From contig OZ037765.1 in NCBI GenBank assembly GCA_964035545.1, forward strand, positions 26,969,504 to 27,033,503: a DNA stretch of 64,000 nt, read 5' to 3'. The notes beneath the pieces were generated by a model. The model was given only the letters and a program-made list of their open reading frames with translations. It had not been told where the DNA came from and did not search any database. Numbering within the stretch: position 1 is the first letter of the stretch; every line of letters begins with the position of its first letter. Origin of the DNA: Bugula neritina. Taxonomy: Eukaryota; Animalia; Bryozoa. Both the position numbers and the translations under genes were made by a program. Positions 53,476 through 64,000 of this stretch are shown here, piece after piece.

Positions 53476-56336
53476 GTTTTTTATTAGTACAGCATTCAAA
53501 TGAAGTCTGTAATCTAAAATAAATTATCTTATGAACTATTTTTGTTTAAATTTGTTCAATGAGTTATTATATATGTAGGATATTTTCTAATAATTTGCTG
53601 CTGTGCTTAACATACCTTTACCACATTATATTTTGCAAGCTATGAAAAGGTGTACTTTTATGATTTGAATTAATTATGTCATGAGAATAAATGGTGCAAT
53701 GGTAATGCTATTTACCAACAATCTTGTTTTCATCTTGCCACAAGTGTATATAGTCATGTTGAAATATATGTATATAGTCAATGTGTAAAGTGATATATAA
53801 TCAAGTTCTGGAGCTATAAGAAATATATTATCATAAGAGTGATGTAAATTAGCAATTTTAAGCTTGACAAGCCATACAAACAAGTTTATATAGATATGAG
53901 TATTTAAGATGTCCAAATATCTCTAATAATAGTGTTTGCAGCATTACATGTGTTGTACACCAAATAAGAGAGCTGCCAAGGCTTATTGGTTATAGAGTAG
54001 TGAGTATTAGGGATTTTCATGGAGATGGAGACTTTGAGCAAACCCCAACTGATTAGTTTTATATGTTGCATAAAAGTTTATAAATACAATATTATAATTG
54101 AGATATAATACATATTAATAATATATACAATTTATGCCTTTATTACATCTATATGAACAGCAGTAATAGTATACCTATACATACTCTGTATAATTTTGAA
54201 AATGTGTAACATTTTTTAAACAAGTGAAAAATCATGTTTTGTTTAAAGAAATTATACAAGTTCAGTTTCTCATAAACTTTAAGAAATACGATTAAGTCAA
54301 GCTAACTTATTATTTTACAAAGCTACATATAATATATTTATTTATTTGTTTATATGTCAATCTCTTACTTTGTTTATCAGCTAATTTACTGTAATATCCA
54401 AATGTTAAACAGTAATGTTAATCAACTTTCAAATGAATGTAATATTCATTAAATATCTAAAACTTTCAGTTGACCCAATAAAATATGCTACTCATTATAT
54501 GAAAATTATGAGGAAAAGTCACTTAAACTGAGGAGAAATTTATGTAATACTTATCATGCAATTATTAACATGCAGTAAGTATAACAATTCTTCTCTAAAA
54601 TGTATTAAATATTAAGGCATAGCCAAGAATTTGTTTATCTAAATAATAATAACAAGACTGTAGTTTTATTTTCTACACAACTACATTAAAATGAAACTTG
54701 TATCAGCGCGTTTGTATCAGAGCTACATTTCCATTTCTTTTAGTCCCAGCATCATGCTGTTAAAATGTACAAGTATTGAAATCGTGATTCATGAAATCTA
54801 ACGACCTGTTGGATGCACACCTGCATACAAATGAAGATTTTGGCAAACTTCTATGATAAAATTGTTGCCTCATGATAATGTGCCACTAGCATATCTCTGC
54901 GAATAAGATTTTGGTTCCTATCATACAAATATGGTGTGTGGCACTGATGCGGATAATGTGTTATATCGATTGTTGCTTTGTAATTTGATGTCTGCACAAA
55001 CATATCATGACACTTCTTGTTTAGTAACAAGTTTTCAATGTTTTGCTGTAATTTACAGATTTTTAGGTATATGGTCATGATTTCAAGCCATCTAACCTCC
55101 TAACACTATCAGATAAAGTAGCCTGGTAATGAATGTTTCATGAAAACAAAATACATTTGTATTGTTTTCACAAATGATTTTAGAGGCTGTATACACTACG
55201 ATTTCAGCTGATTGCTGCAGAGGTGTCTTTAGACATATTGCTTTTCATTAAGCATTATTGCATATAACTAACTGTATTTAGTTGTGTAGCCTTGCACCAA
55301 CAGACAGAGTAAATTTAAAGTAATATATCTTATTATTCAGGTTAATTTCTCATTTGGTGTACATTTAATTAATTACTAGAATTTAATTAACCTGCTGTTA
55401 TACCCTGTAAAAACGCATCTAAAAGCTGGTTGTGGCTTTCGTTTTCTTAGATTTAATTAGCACCATGTTATTAATTCACTAAGTATAAATTTGCTACTCT
55501 TCCACAGTTCAACGAGGCAGTACTTTTTGAGAGTCATCTCATTTGTGATTGTATATGCAGAGTGAAGATCTATCTGTTATATCATGTTAAATGATTCTAA
55601 TGCCAGCTTGTATAGTAATCAGCTGTAAATATCTGACCAGATGACTTTCAACACAGTCAGTTATGCCCTCAGGATGGGAATAACTCTAAAATGACTAGTT
55701 GAATTCCTTTACAACTCACCTACATAATATTTTTGTACACAGTATTGCAGATTTATCACACAGCACATGCATGCAGATAAATGAAGAGTCCAAAATTCTG
55801 CATGATATAATAATGATTTTTACCATAACAATAACACAGAAAATTTAATTTAAAACAATAAATTTATTTCTGAAAGTTAACCACTTAAAGTTTGTTCAAA
55901 ATGCTGCTAAGGCCAAATTAAGCAGTTTTTTATGGTGGACACCGAATACTTAAAATTTGTAAAAAAGCATTAAAGATTTACGTCCCTTACTACTATGTAT
56001 TTACAATAAAAATAAAAAACAATAATTAGTTTATACAAAAATATCTGTACAAAATACAAAATGTGTTTTGAACACGCTAGGGAGAAGAAGTGAGCATCCG
56101 CCACTTTAAAATCGCTTAAGCATCGGCCAATAAAATCACACAAAGTAAAAATTGCCACAGTGGAAACTTCTTGCACAAAGAAATGGGTGAAGTATACCAG
56201 TGACCCATAAACAAAATGCTATTCTATAAATACATGAGTAACCTAGAACTAAGAAAATGGAGATTGCCTTTTTGTATTGTAAACGAAATGTTGAAAATAT
56301 TAGACTGCTACCAAGTTATAAAAATCTGGAGGTTAG

Positions 56337-59300
56337 CTATTCCACTTTTTTGACATAACCTACAACTTTGGACTCCCACTTGGGAAGAATGTGATTATCG
56401 TTTGTAACCTCTTCTAATACTGTACCAAACTCATCATCTGTAGCCTTCTTGAAGAAGTATCTAAAGATAAATAAATGGAGAGATGTCACATGTGGTCACA
56501 GGAGGGTTAAAACAACAGAGCTTTTACTCTCAACTATACACAACTTTATGCTACAAAAATTCTTCCAATTACTGTTTTTATGCAAATGAGTGTCAATCAA
56601 TTGATTGATTAGACCATCAAAGCAAAGCTTGCACAAATAATACAAAAAACAGATTCAGCCCAGCTAGCTGTCATGGACAATTGGTAGTGCAGGAAAAACT
56701 TTACTCTAACATCTTGCTATATGTAGAATATGCTCTAATCTCGTATCTAAAAGTTGTTTGTGTTTAGAAAACTCTGCCAAACTAACAGCAGATATTTAAA
56801 TTAGAAACCAGATAAAATTGCAAATTAATCTGTGCTATAATATATCAACATACTAAGAATTTTTCAGGCCTCGTAAAACTGAATAGCTACCAGGAAATAA
56901 AATAACAGTAAATATTGATTGTGTTGAAAAAATAAATATAGGAATTATTTCTTCTTTAGAAATAGTAACCACTGAATACACTAGCTTAGAATTTATTTTG
57001 GTAGAAGAACGGGAATAAGTTAAATGCCTACTACTAAACTTATATTACCTGTAGTTTCCCTTCTTGGTTATGAGTTCCTTGAACTTGGCCAGTGTGATTT
57101 GATTGACTGGCACAGTGACACTATAGGGTATGGGTTCATCCAGCAGAAAGAAAGCTACTTTAATCTGAGGTGGTGCCGGAACTCCTTTACGCTGTGTGAG
57201 AGTCTGCTGACTGGATGCTGTTGGTGTCGTTGAGTCACCAGCAGATCTGGACATGGCTCTCCTCTCTCTGCTACTCGAACCAGATGATCTGTAATGGACA
57301 CAGAGCATGGCTGTGAGACTGTATCAGTCTACATCATCAATAATTAATAGTATATTTGATTACTGACTTGGCTAACACAAACAATGTCACCAACAATAAC
57401 AGTATTAGCGTGCCATTGGCATGGATACATCTGCATTCAGGTTAGGGAAGGCATACTAGAGTCACCCTGGACAGTGTGAAACTCAGTGTTGGGCGTGATG
57501 CCTGCTAGTGGAGCAGTTCCCAGGCTTTGATATACAGGCTCCTGGGTAATACACAGGAGAAAGAATGGATTGCGTGGCTGGGCTTTGATGTTGAGTGTGT
57601 TATGTTGCAAGCTACTAATATATCTAAGGAGCCATCAGTTTGATTGATGATGCAGTAGATGAGTATGGAGATGAGAGAGTTCTGGACAGAGAACAGCTGC
57701 CAACATTTGAAATGTACAGGTTACAGCCTCAACAATCCACACAGCACAGCGTGCGTAGTAAGTGTGCCAGGAAGGAAGAAAACAAAGGGAAAAACTTTTC
57801 AACTCACCAAAAGTCAATGAAATTCAAAGCCAGCGAAGGCATATCACACACAAAAGAGGAACGAGATAACAATGGACAATAAAGCAATGAGCATAGTCAG
57901 CCTTGCCATAGAAATTGCTTATCATCGCAGCTAATTCAATATATTATTTTTACACATGAGCCAAGCTGTAAATATGTAAGGGTTGCTGAACAAGCTATTC
58001 TGTGCTGCAGCATCAAAGACATGCCGTCCTTTTATCTTGTTAGTTACTCAATGGCTTGCAAACATTATCAAAGGCATTAGACAATTCAGCATACACAGGC
58101 ACACAATAACCTTCTCTCTTTAGTTAAAGAATCAAAGTGTAGACTCTATTTGATCCAAAAGATAGAACATTCAACAAGAGTGACTCCTATACAACTGGTA
58201 TGCTTCACAGCCCTCACTCCGGATATTCACAACTCAATGGTGAAAATATCAAACAGTTGACTCTAGCAGAAAAAAGGTTATTAACTCACTTTGAATTAGA
58301 CTTGTAGGAATGTTTATCGTCAGAAGGGAGACGCTTTGAGTCGGAAGACAGAGCACCACCTTTGCCATACACCCTGCAATTTAGTTGTTATATAACATTG
58401 AGTTTTAGAGGGAATCGAGACGAAAGTGAGAGAAAATAATCAAACTGATACTTGAAAATATAAATTCTACACATGAATGACTCACTTGCTTCTGACAGCA
58501 ACTCTGGGTGAAGCCGAAGTGCTGCCAGACCTTTGAGATTTCTTCTGAGATGACTTTTCGCTGTCGGGCTGGCCGTGAAGGTTAGCGTGATGCATTATCT
58601 CCTCATTCTTACTGATCCACTCGGCCACCCTGAGTAGGTTAAAACAACATTCATTCACAAGGCTAAATACTGTGCGTTATTTATTAAGATATTACATGTC
58701 TACTAGGGCTATAGTAACTGGCTAAACAGGGACTAGGTTTGTCTTGCGGTGTGTCAGCTAGATTCATTACCTGCCCACAAAGTAATAAAAAGCCTACTTG
58801 AGTGTTTCATCTCCCAATTAATAGGTTACAGAAAGACACCTCAACAAATGCTGAATTATTGAGACTACTATTCAACTAGGGATAAGCATGAGTTAAGATA
58901 TAAAATGGAGAGTAGTTAGTCAGGAACTGCAGCAAATAACATCCTACCTAAGTTATGATACACACAATACTGTAGTCATTCTCCGCATTGTAGCACTTCT
59001 CACAACTTTATCAAACTGATTACAATTTATTAAACCACTTGACTTTTAAAAGTTTTAAAGGGCAACATAAATAAAGCTACTGTAGCCATGAACTTTACAC
59101 CCTATTGAAGTATGAGCCAGACAACTGCTCTACATGGTATAAGCAACTACCGCCTATCCAACAACAGGTGTTAAGGTGTACAGTTACATTGGAAAGTTTC
59201 CTTTGGCCATCTACACACTTTTGATAACAAAGAGCAGTTTTTAACACAGCCTAACAGTTAGAAACAAGAATACTTACTTTTGATTGTTGGCCGAGACACC

Positions 59301-62300
59301 AGGAGGGAATTTAAATATCGACTGTTGCTCAGCTCGGGAGCTAAAAGTTGCCATGCCATGCCTGCTATTGGACTTGTTACTGTAGGGCAGGTTGGGTGCA
59401 GTGGCAAAGGGGTAGCTGTTATCCATTGAACTGTACTGGAGCAGTGCAGGGTTTGATAGGGGTTTAGTGGATGGAGTGATAGTGCTTGGCTTGTTATACG
59501 ACAAAGGAAGTGCTGCATGTGTGGCCGATGGCTTCTGCATAGTGTACATTCTCTTGGCTTGCTACAACCAACCACAACTTATTATATAATCCTGTAGAGA
59601 CACAGCTAATTCTCATTGTATACAGGTAGATGTTTTTTACATAATCTTAGTAGATTAATGGCCCAGAAAGTTGAGCTGCCAAGTGTTATGTAAAAGCCCT
59701 AACGGAGTAAGAGGGAGAGTATGTAGTAAGAGAGAGAGAATGTAGTAAGGGAGAGAGTATGTAGTAAGAGAGAGAGTATGTAGTAAGAGAGAGTATGTAG
59801 TAAGAGAGAGAGTATGTAGTAAGAGAGAGAGTATGTAGTAAGAGAGAGTATGTAGTAAGAGAGAGTATGTAGTAAGAGAGAGTATGTAGTAAGAGAGAGT
59901 GTGTATGTAGTAAGGGAGTGTGGACTTACAGAGGCATACATCGAATGGAGTGGGTCGGGTGACTTGGCCCTGGATGGTGATTTAGCTGGTGTGTGTTGCC
60001 CTGACGGCTCCCATATCCTTTTGCAATGCATGTCCAGAATATGCTGAGCTTCATCGAAGTGGTCATTAGTTTGAATAGTTACCAAGAGTTGATTGAGGGT
60101 GGCGTTGGTAGTGCCCGTACCACCACCGGTGGTGCTGGACAGTACACTGTGACTATCATCTGTCGTAGCGTCATCCTGCAATAAAGACATGAAAACATCA
60201 GCAGTGCACAACAGACCCAGGGGTAAGCTGGCCTTCCAGCAGGTCTGCACTGTACATACAATACACATAGCATACGTGCTTATCTCTAATGTGCAAACAA
60301 TCAACTGGAAGAGAAACACAAAATTAATGGTACTTGTAACACCACAGACTTGACCAAATATTGAGTTGGCATATAAATAGAGGTAAATGTGGGATATTTT
60401 TAAGTAAACTAATCTATTAATAGAAGGAAAAACAAACAATATGGGCTCACGTAGAATTCACTAAACCCATAACACCACATGCTGGTTGCCGGAAGGAGAC
60501 TTGAGATTAAAATAAATTCATAATTTGACGTGGAGAGTTGGCTGCAAGAGGCCCTCGGTGCCAATTCATACACTCCTGGGGTTATTGGTAGAAGGATTCA
60601 TGCTTACTTTTTCTTCATTGTAAAGTAATTTATGCAAAATGTGAGAATAACTGAATATTTTAATAATAATTTATTTTCTTCAGGAATTTCGTACTCTGTG
60701 AGCTATGATGACAAAACACAGGGCAACAGATAATCAAACCAACTACAGAATTTCCATAAAATCCAAACAATTAATCCCCTGGAGTGTGACTGACATGCTA
60801 ATAAATTTAAATCATGGCCTCAAAGCTGAAATAAAGCTGCAGTTGACTATCAGTCAAAATCTGTTTAAGTAATTCACCAGTCTGAGTGCAGGCTATGAAC
60901 ACAGTGTGTGTTAGTAGAGGTCTACAATGGTGCATGTATGGGCTGGGGAGGTTAGCTAATGAGCTATAACTAGCAACTGGTAATTACAATAAATATTAAT
61001 CACCCAAGACCCTGCTTACACACCAGCTCCTGCTACAAGCTGCAGACACAAGCTCCACACTTAGCCCACAGCACACTAGGAGTAAGTTAGGGGCAGGCCA
61101 GCACCGCCACCCGACCCGACCCTTACCTCGCTCATTGCACTAAGCTTAGATCTCATAATCTCGTTGTGGTTCTGTTCATCCAGAACTCTCTGCAGCTTCT
61201 CCGTCAGAAGTTTAGCAAACTCCATGGGGCTGGTCTCGGCTACGTTAGACACCTTCGACAGTCGATTTTTCTGCAAAATCAAATTTTAGTCAACACATGT
61301 GACATAAATACAAGTGACATAAATAAATGTGACATAAATACATGTGACATAAACACATGCAACATAATAAACGAACTTCGTGAGCGATCTATATGATATA
61401 ATACAGTGGATAAGACTTACAGGAGGTACGATGTTACAGCTCACTGAGCTGTGAGCTTCAAGATTCCTTTGAGCACTAGACTTTATTTTCCTGTAGTAAT
61501 TGCGAACACTTCGTCTATTAGTATACTGAGGGTATCCGTCACTGTAACCAAAGAGAGAAAATTACCTGCTACTGAGTTATTAGCTGACAACAGCAGAGTT
61601 GAACTCATATGTCTGTGTCTAATGGTGAAAAAGGTTCAACTAAAAGCATCTTCAACACCATTTCGAAGACAGCCATTCATTTTTAACTCAATACAAACGG
61701 AAACAAAAAGAATCTGTTTATTGAAAAGCAGCTCTAAACCAACAGACCACAATTAGCACAACTTAGTGTAGTAAATATCTGTTCTGCTCAACAAGTAGTG
61801 TTAGCAGGCAAAGCACTGGGTATAAACTATTAACTATGCATGTACTTACACACTACTACCTAACTATTAACTATGCATGTACTTACACACTACTACCTAA
61901 CTATTAACTATGCATGTACTTACACACTACTGTCTAACTACTAACTATGAATGTACTTACACACTACTGTCTAACTACTAACTATGAATGTACTTACACA
62001 CTACTATCTGTGATGGAGTGAGTATCATCAGTGAGAGCTTCGCTAGACAGAGACTGACGCTCTGAGTCGATAGCTGATATAGGTAAGTATGAGGTATTGT
62101 AAGTATGATATGGGTGGGGTGGTAAGGCACAGTCGTCCCGGCTAGCCTTCTGAAGGTAGTAGCTGCAACAGAATAACCAGCATACTAACAGCTACTTCCA
62201 GTCCCTTACATGACACACCTCTTACTTCCACATCACTCATACCAAGAAGATAAAAGGCAGCGCTTTGGCTGCCTATATAATATTTTGTTTCTAATGAAAG

Positions 62301-63918
62301 GCAAAGAGAATATATTGCACTATATAGTCTAACATCATAAGAGCTTAAATACTTTCATCTTGATTTCATCCATTTACAAAGAGAATCTACAAGTATGACC
62401 ATTGATCAAAACTATGAGAAATCTTTTGATTTCAAAGCTCTTCTACTCAACCCATATGTATCTTAATCAAGCAGGTTTGAAAGAGAAGGTAGAAACCTAT
62501 CAATACAAAACAAAATTCGGATAGGTTTAATGATTGGCTGCTTACTGGCTTTCATCTGCTGAAGCCTTTATTTTCTACATCAAATAAAGAATTGTTAATT
62601 AAGAGTTATACAAAATGCTAATCAGTACAATTTAAGTTAACTTTCCGAATTAGGAAGTCTCTAGCTAGGTGTCTCTCCACCTAACTAGCCCTATACCATG
62701 TTTATTACAATACAAATGTAAGATAAGAACACAATAACCAGATAACGCTAAGCAAACATTCCAAACAGAAAATACAAACAACTATAGCAATAAATATCAA
62801 ATAACATTCAACTTAATGGAAGCATTTGTACGAGTACTAGAGGATATGAATGTTGAAGGTAGATAACTGCAGAGGATATTACTTCGCAACCTGGCCAGAC
62901 ATAGTGCATGTATAAGCTGTGTATATGCTTACCCTGCCTGGTCTTCAGGCTTTATCTTAGATTCCTGCCGCAATCTCTCTGTCATCTTCATATTCTTTGC
63001 AGTTAAAGAGAGAACCGGGGCATCTGAAGTGAAATTGTCAATGTTAGAAGAGACTGGGTGGAGATCTAGCTCTGAGTCTTCATGCACAGTTGGTAATGCT
63101 GTGCTCAATGGACGGGCACTGGTAGAGCCACTGGAATTCACAGAATCCTTTGGACTCTCTTCTAATGACTGAATATATTGCAGATAGATATTTGATTTAA
63201 AAAATGGTAAATAGAATTCTCTCCGTAAAATCTCCAAGACCTGGTCCTTGACAGGATCAAATATAGACTTAGAATACTGTTTAGAAGCCACTTGGCTTGC
63301 AATAGCCTCCTCGGACTCTTTGGCTATCATGGTTAGCTTTTTATCCTTTTTATCACCTTTTATATAAACTCTATTCATTGTTTTTACTAAATAACCAATA
63401 TCTTTCACAGCTTCGCTATCGAGAGCTTGAAGATATTTCCAAGCAAAATAAAATTCAAACAAGTTTACATTGTTCTCCTCTGTTAAGTATTTTTTAAATA
63501 AGTTTACGCCTTCAGCATCGTCAAGCAAATAGTCCAGGTCCTCAGACCATTTAGCATATATAGGGCTGCCGCTCTCCGTGAACTCCAACTTTCCATCCAC
63601 GCTGCCTTCAGGTTCAAATCCCAGCGGAGCCTCGTGCTCCCCAGCATGCTGAGCTGTGGCTGGTGGTTGTGAAACAGCGGCAGCTGTGGGTGGCAGTTTT
63701 GCTGGTTTCTGAACCTTTCTAGGAGTAGCTCCTCCAGCTCCAGAACTGTTACTCCGATTTGAATTAAGTGACTTGTGAGATCCTGAACTCTTATTGGAAT
63801 GGCCACCGGTGGACTGTTGCTCATTTTCTTCCCCTGGACCAACAGGTGGACGCGGTGTGTTTTCTGTGAAATTGCTTCCCCCTGAGTTATCCAAGTATCG
63901 GTGAACATCCACACTCAT
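56337..63918 (-). CDS. AXIN: Axin (Wnt destruction-complex scaffold), about 10 coding exons
   Basis: Tankyrase-binding PRPPVGPGEE and LGFEPEGS; RGS domain (YAKWSEDLDYLLDDAEGVNLFKKYL...FFKSNIYLQY); SDS-type segment DSERQSLSSEALTDDTHSITDSSVDG; GSK3 site PMEFAKLLTEKLQRV; beta-catenin site AQHILDMHCKRIW; DIX domain (EPIPYSVTV...ITLAKFKELITKKGNYRYFFKK...LPKWESKVVGYVKKVE*). Confidence 0.96.
59703..59915. repeat. Variable 17-21-bp minisatellite (GAGAGAGTATGTAGTAA) directly after an Axin donor site
   Basis: About 11 units read directly; source of the LLLHTLSYY ORF tail. Confidence 0.9.
61291..61370. repeat. 15-bp minisatellite (GTGACATAAATACAT) about 5 copies in an Axin intron
   Basis: Tandem units read directly. 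Confidence 0.85.
61825..62009 (-). repeat. 37-bp tandem repeat x5 spanning an Axin exon end and 5' splice site
   Basis: Plus-strand ACTTAC (minus GTAAGT) at 61992, 61955, 61918, 61881 and 61844, each preceded on the minus strand by AGTAGTGT. Confidence 0.92.
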
Positions 63919-64000
63919 AACTCATTAGCATAGCTATACTCCACTTGCAACCATTTGACAGCTTCGACTTTCTAAAATCACAGCAAGTTTGAATATGTAC

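Noticed and set aside
63504-63914. 136-aa alternative-frame ORF overlapping Axin exon 1
   Set aside because: Non-ATG start, no recognisable motifs; likely a by-product of the GC-richer coding sequence.

Overview
AT-rich eukaryotic (invertebrate animal, probably lophotrochozoan; species not determinable here) genomic DNA containing six intron-rich protein-coding genes, reconstructed by hand from splice sites and reading frames: VPS28 (-, 3' end runs off the left edge), SPEF1 (+), an EF-hand/WD40 gene of the WDR49/EFCAB8/WDY type (-), two divergently oriented LIM-less Zasp/PDLIM-family PDZ paralogs (- and +), and Axin (-). Most supplied ORFs are exon read-throughs or repeat artefacts. Non-coding content includes a PIF/Harbinger-like MITE, three decayed tRNA-derived SINE copies, minisatellites and (TA)n tracts. 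The main discovery candidate is a 243-bp, extensively self-complementary element inserted in a (TA)n microsatellite (47934-48176). It carries an intact type I hammerhead ribozyme on the minus strand and resembles a retrozyme or Penelope-derived element. Two unrelated genes also carry tandem arrays of duplicated 5' splice sites, and clustered upstream AUGs precede the Axin start.
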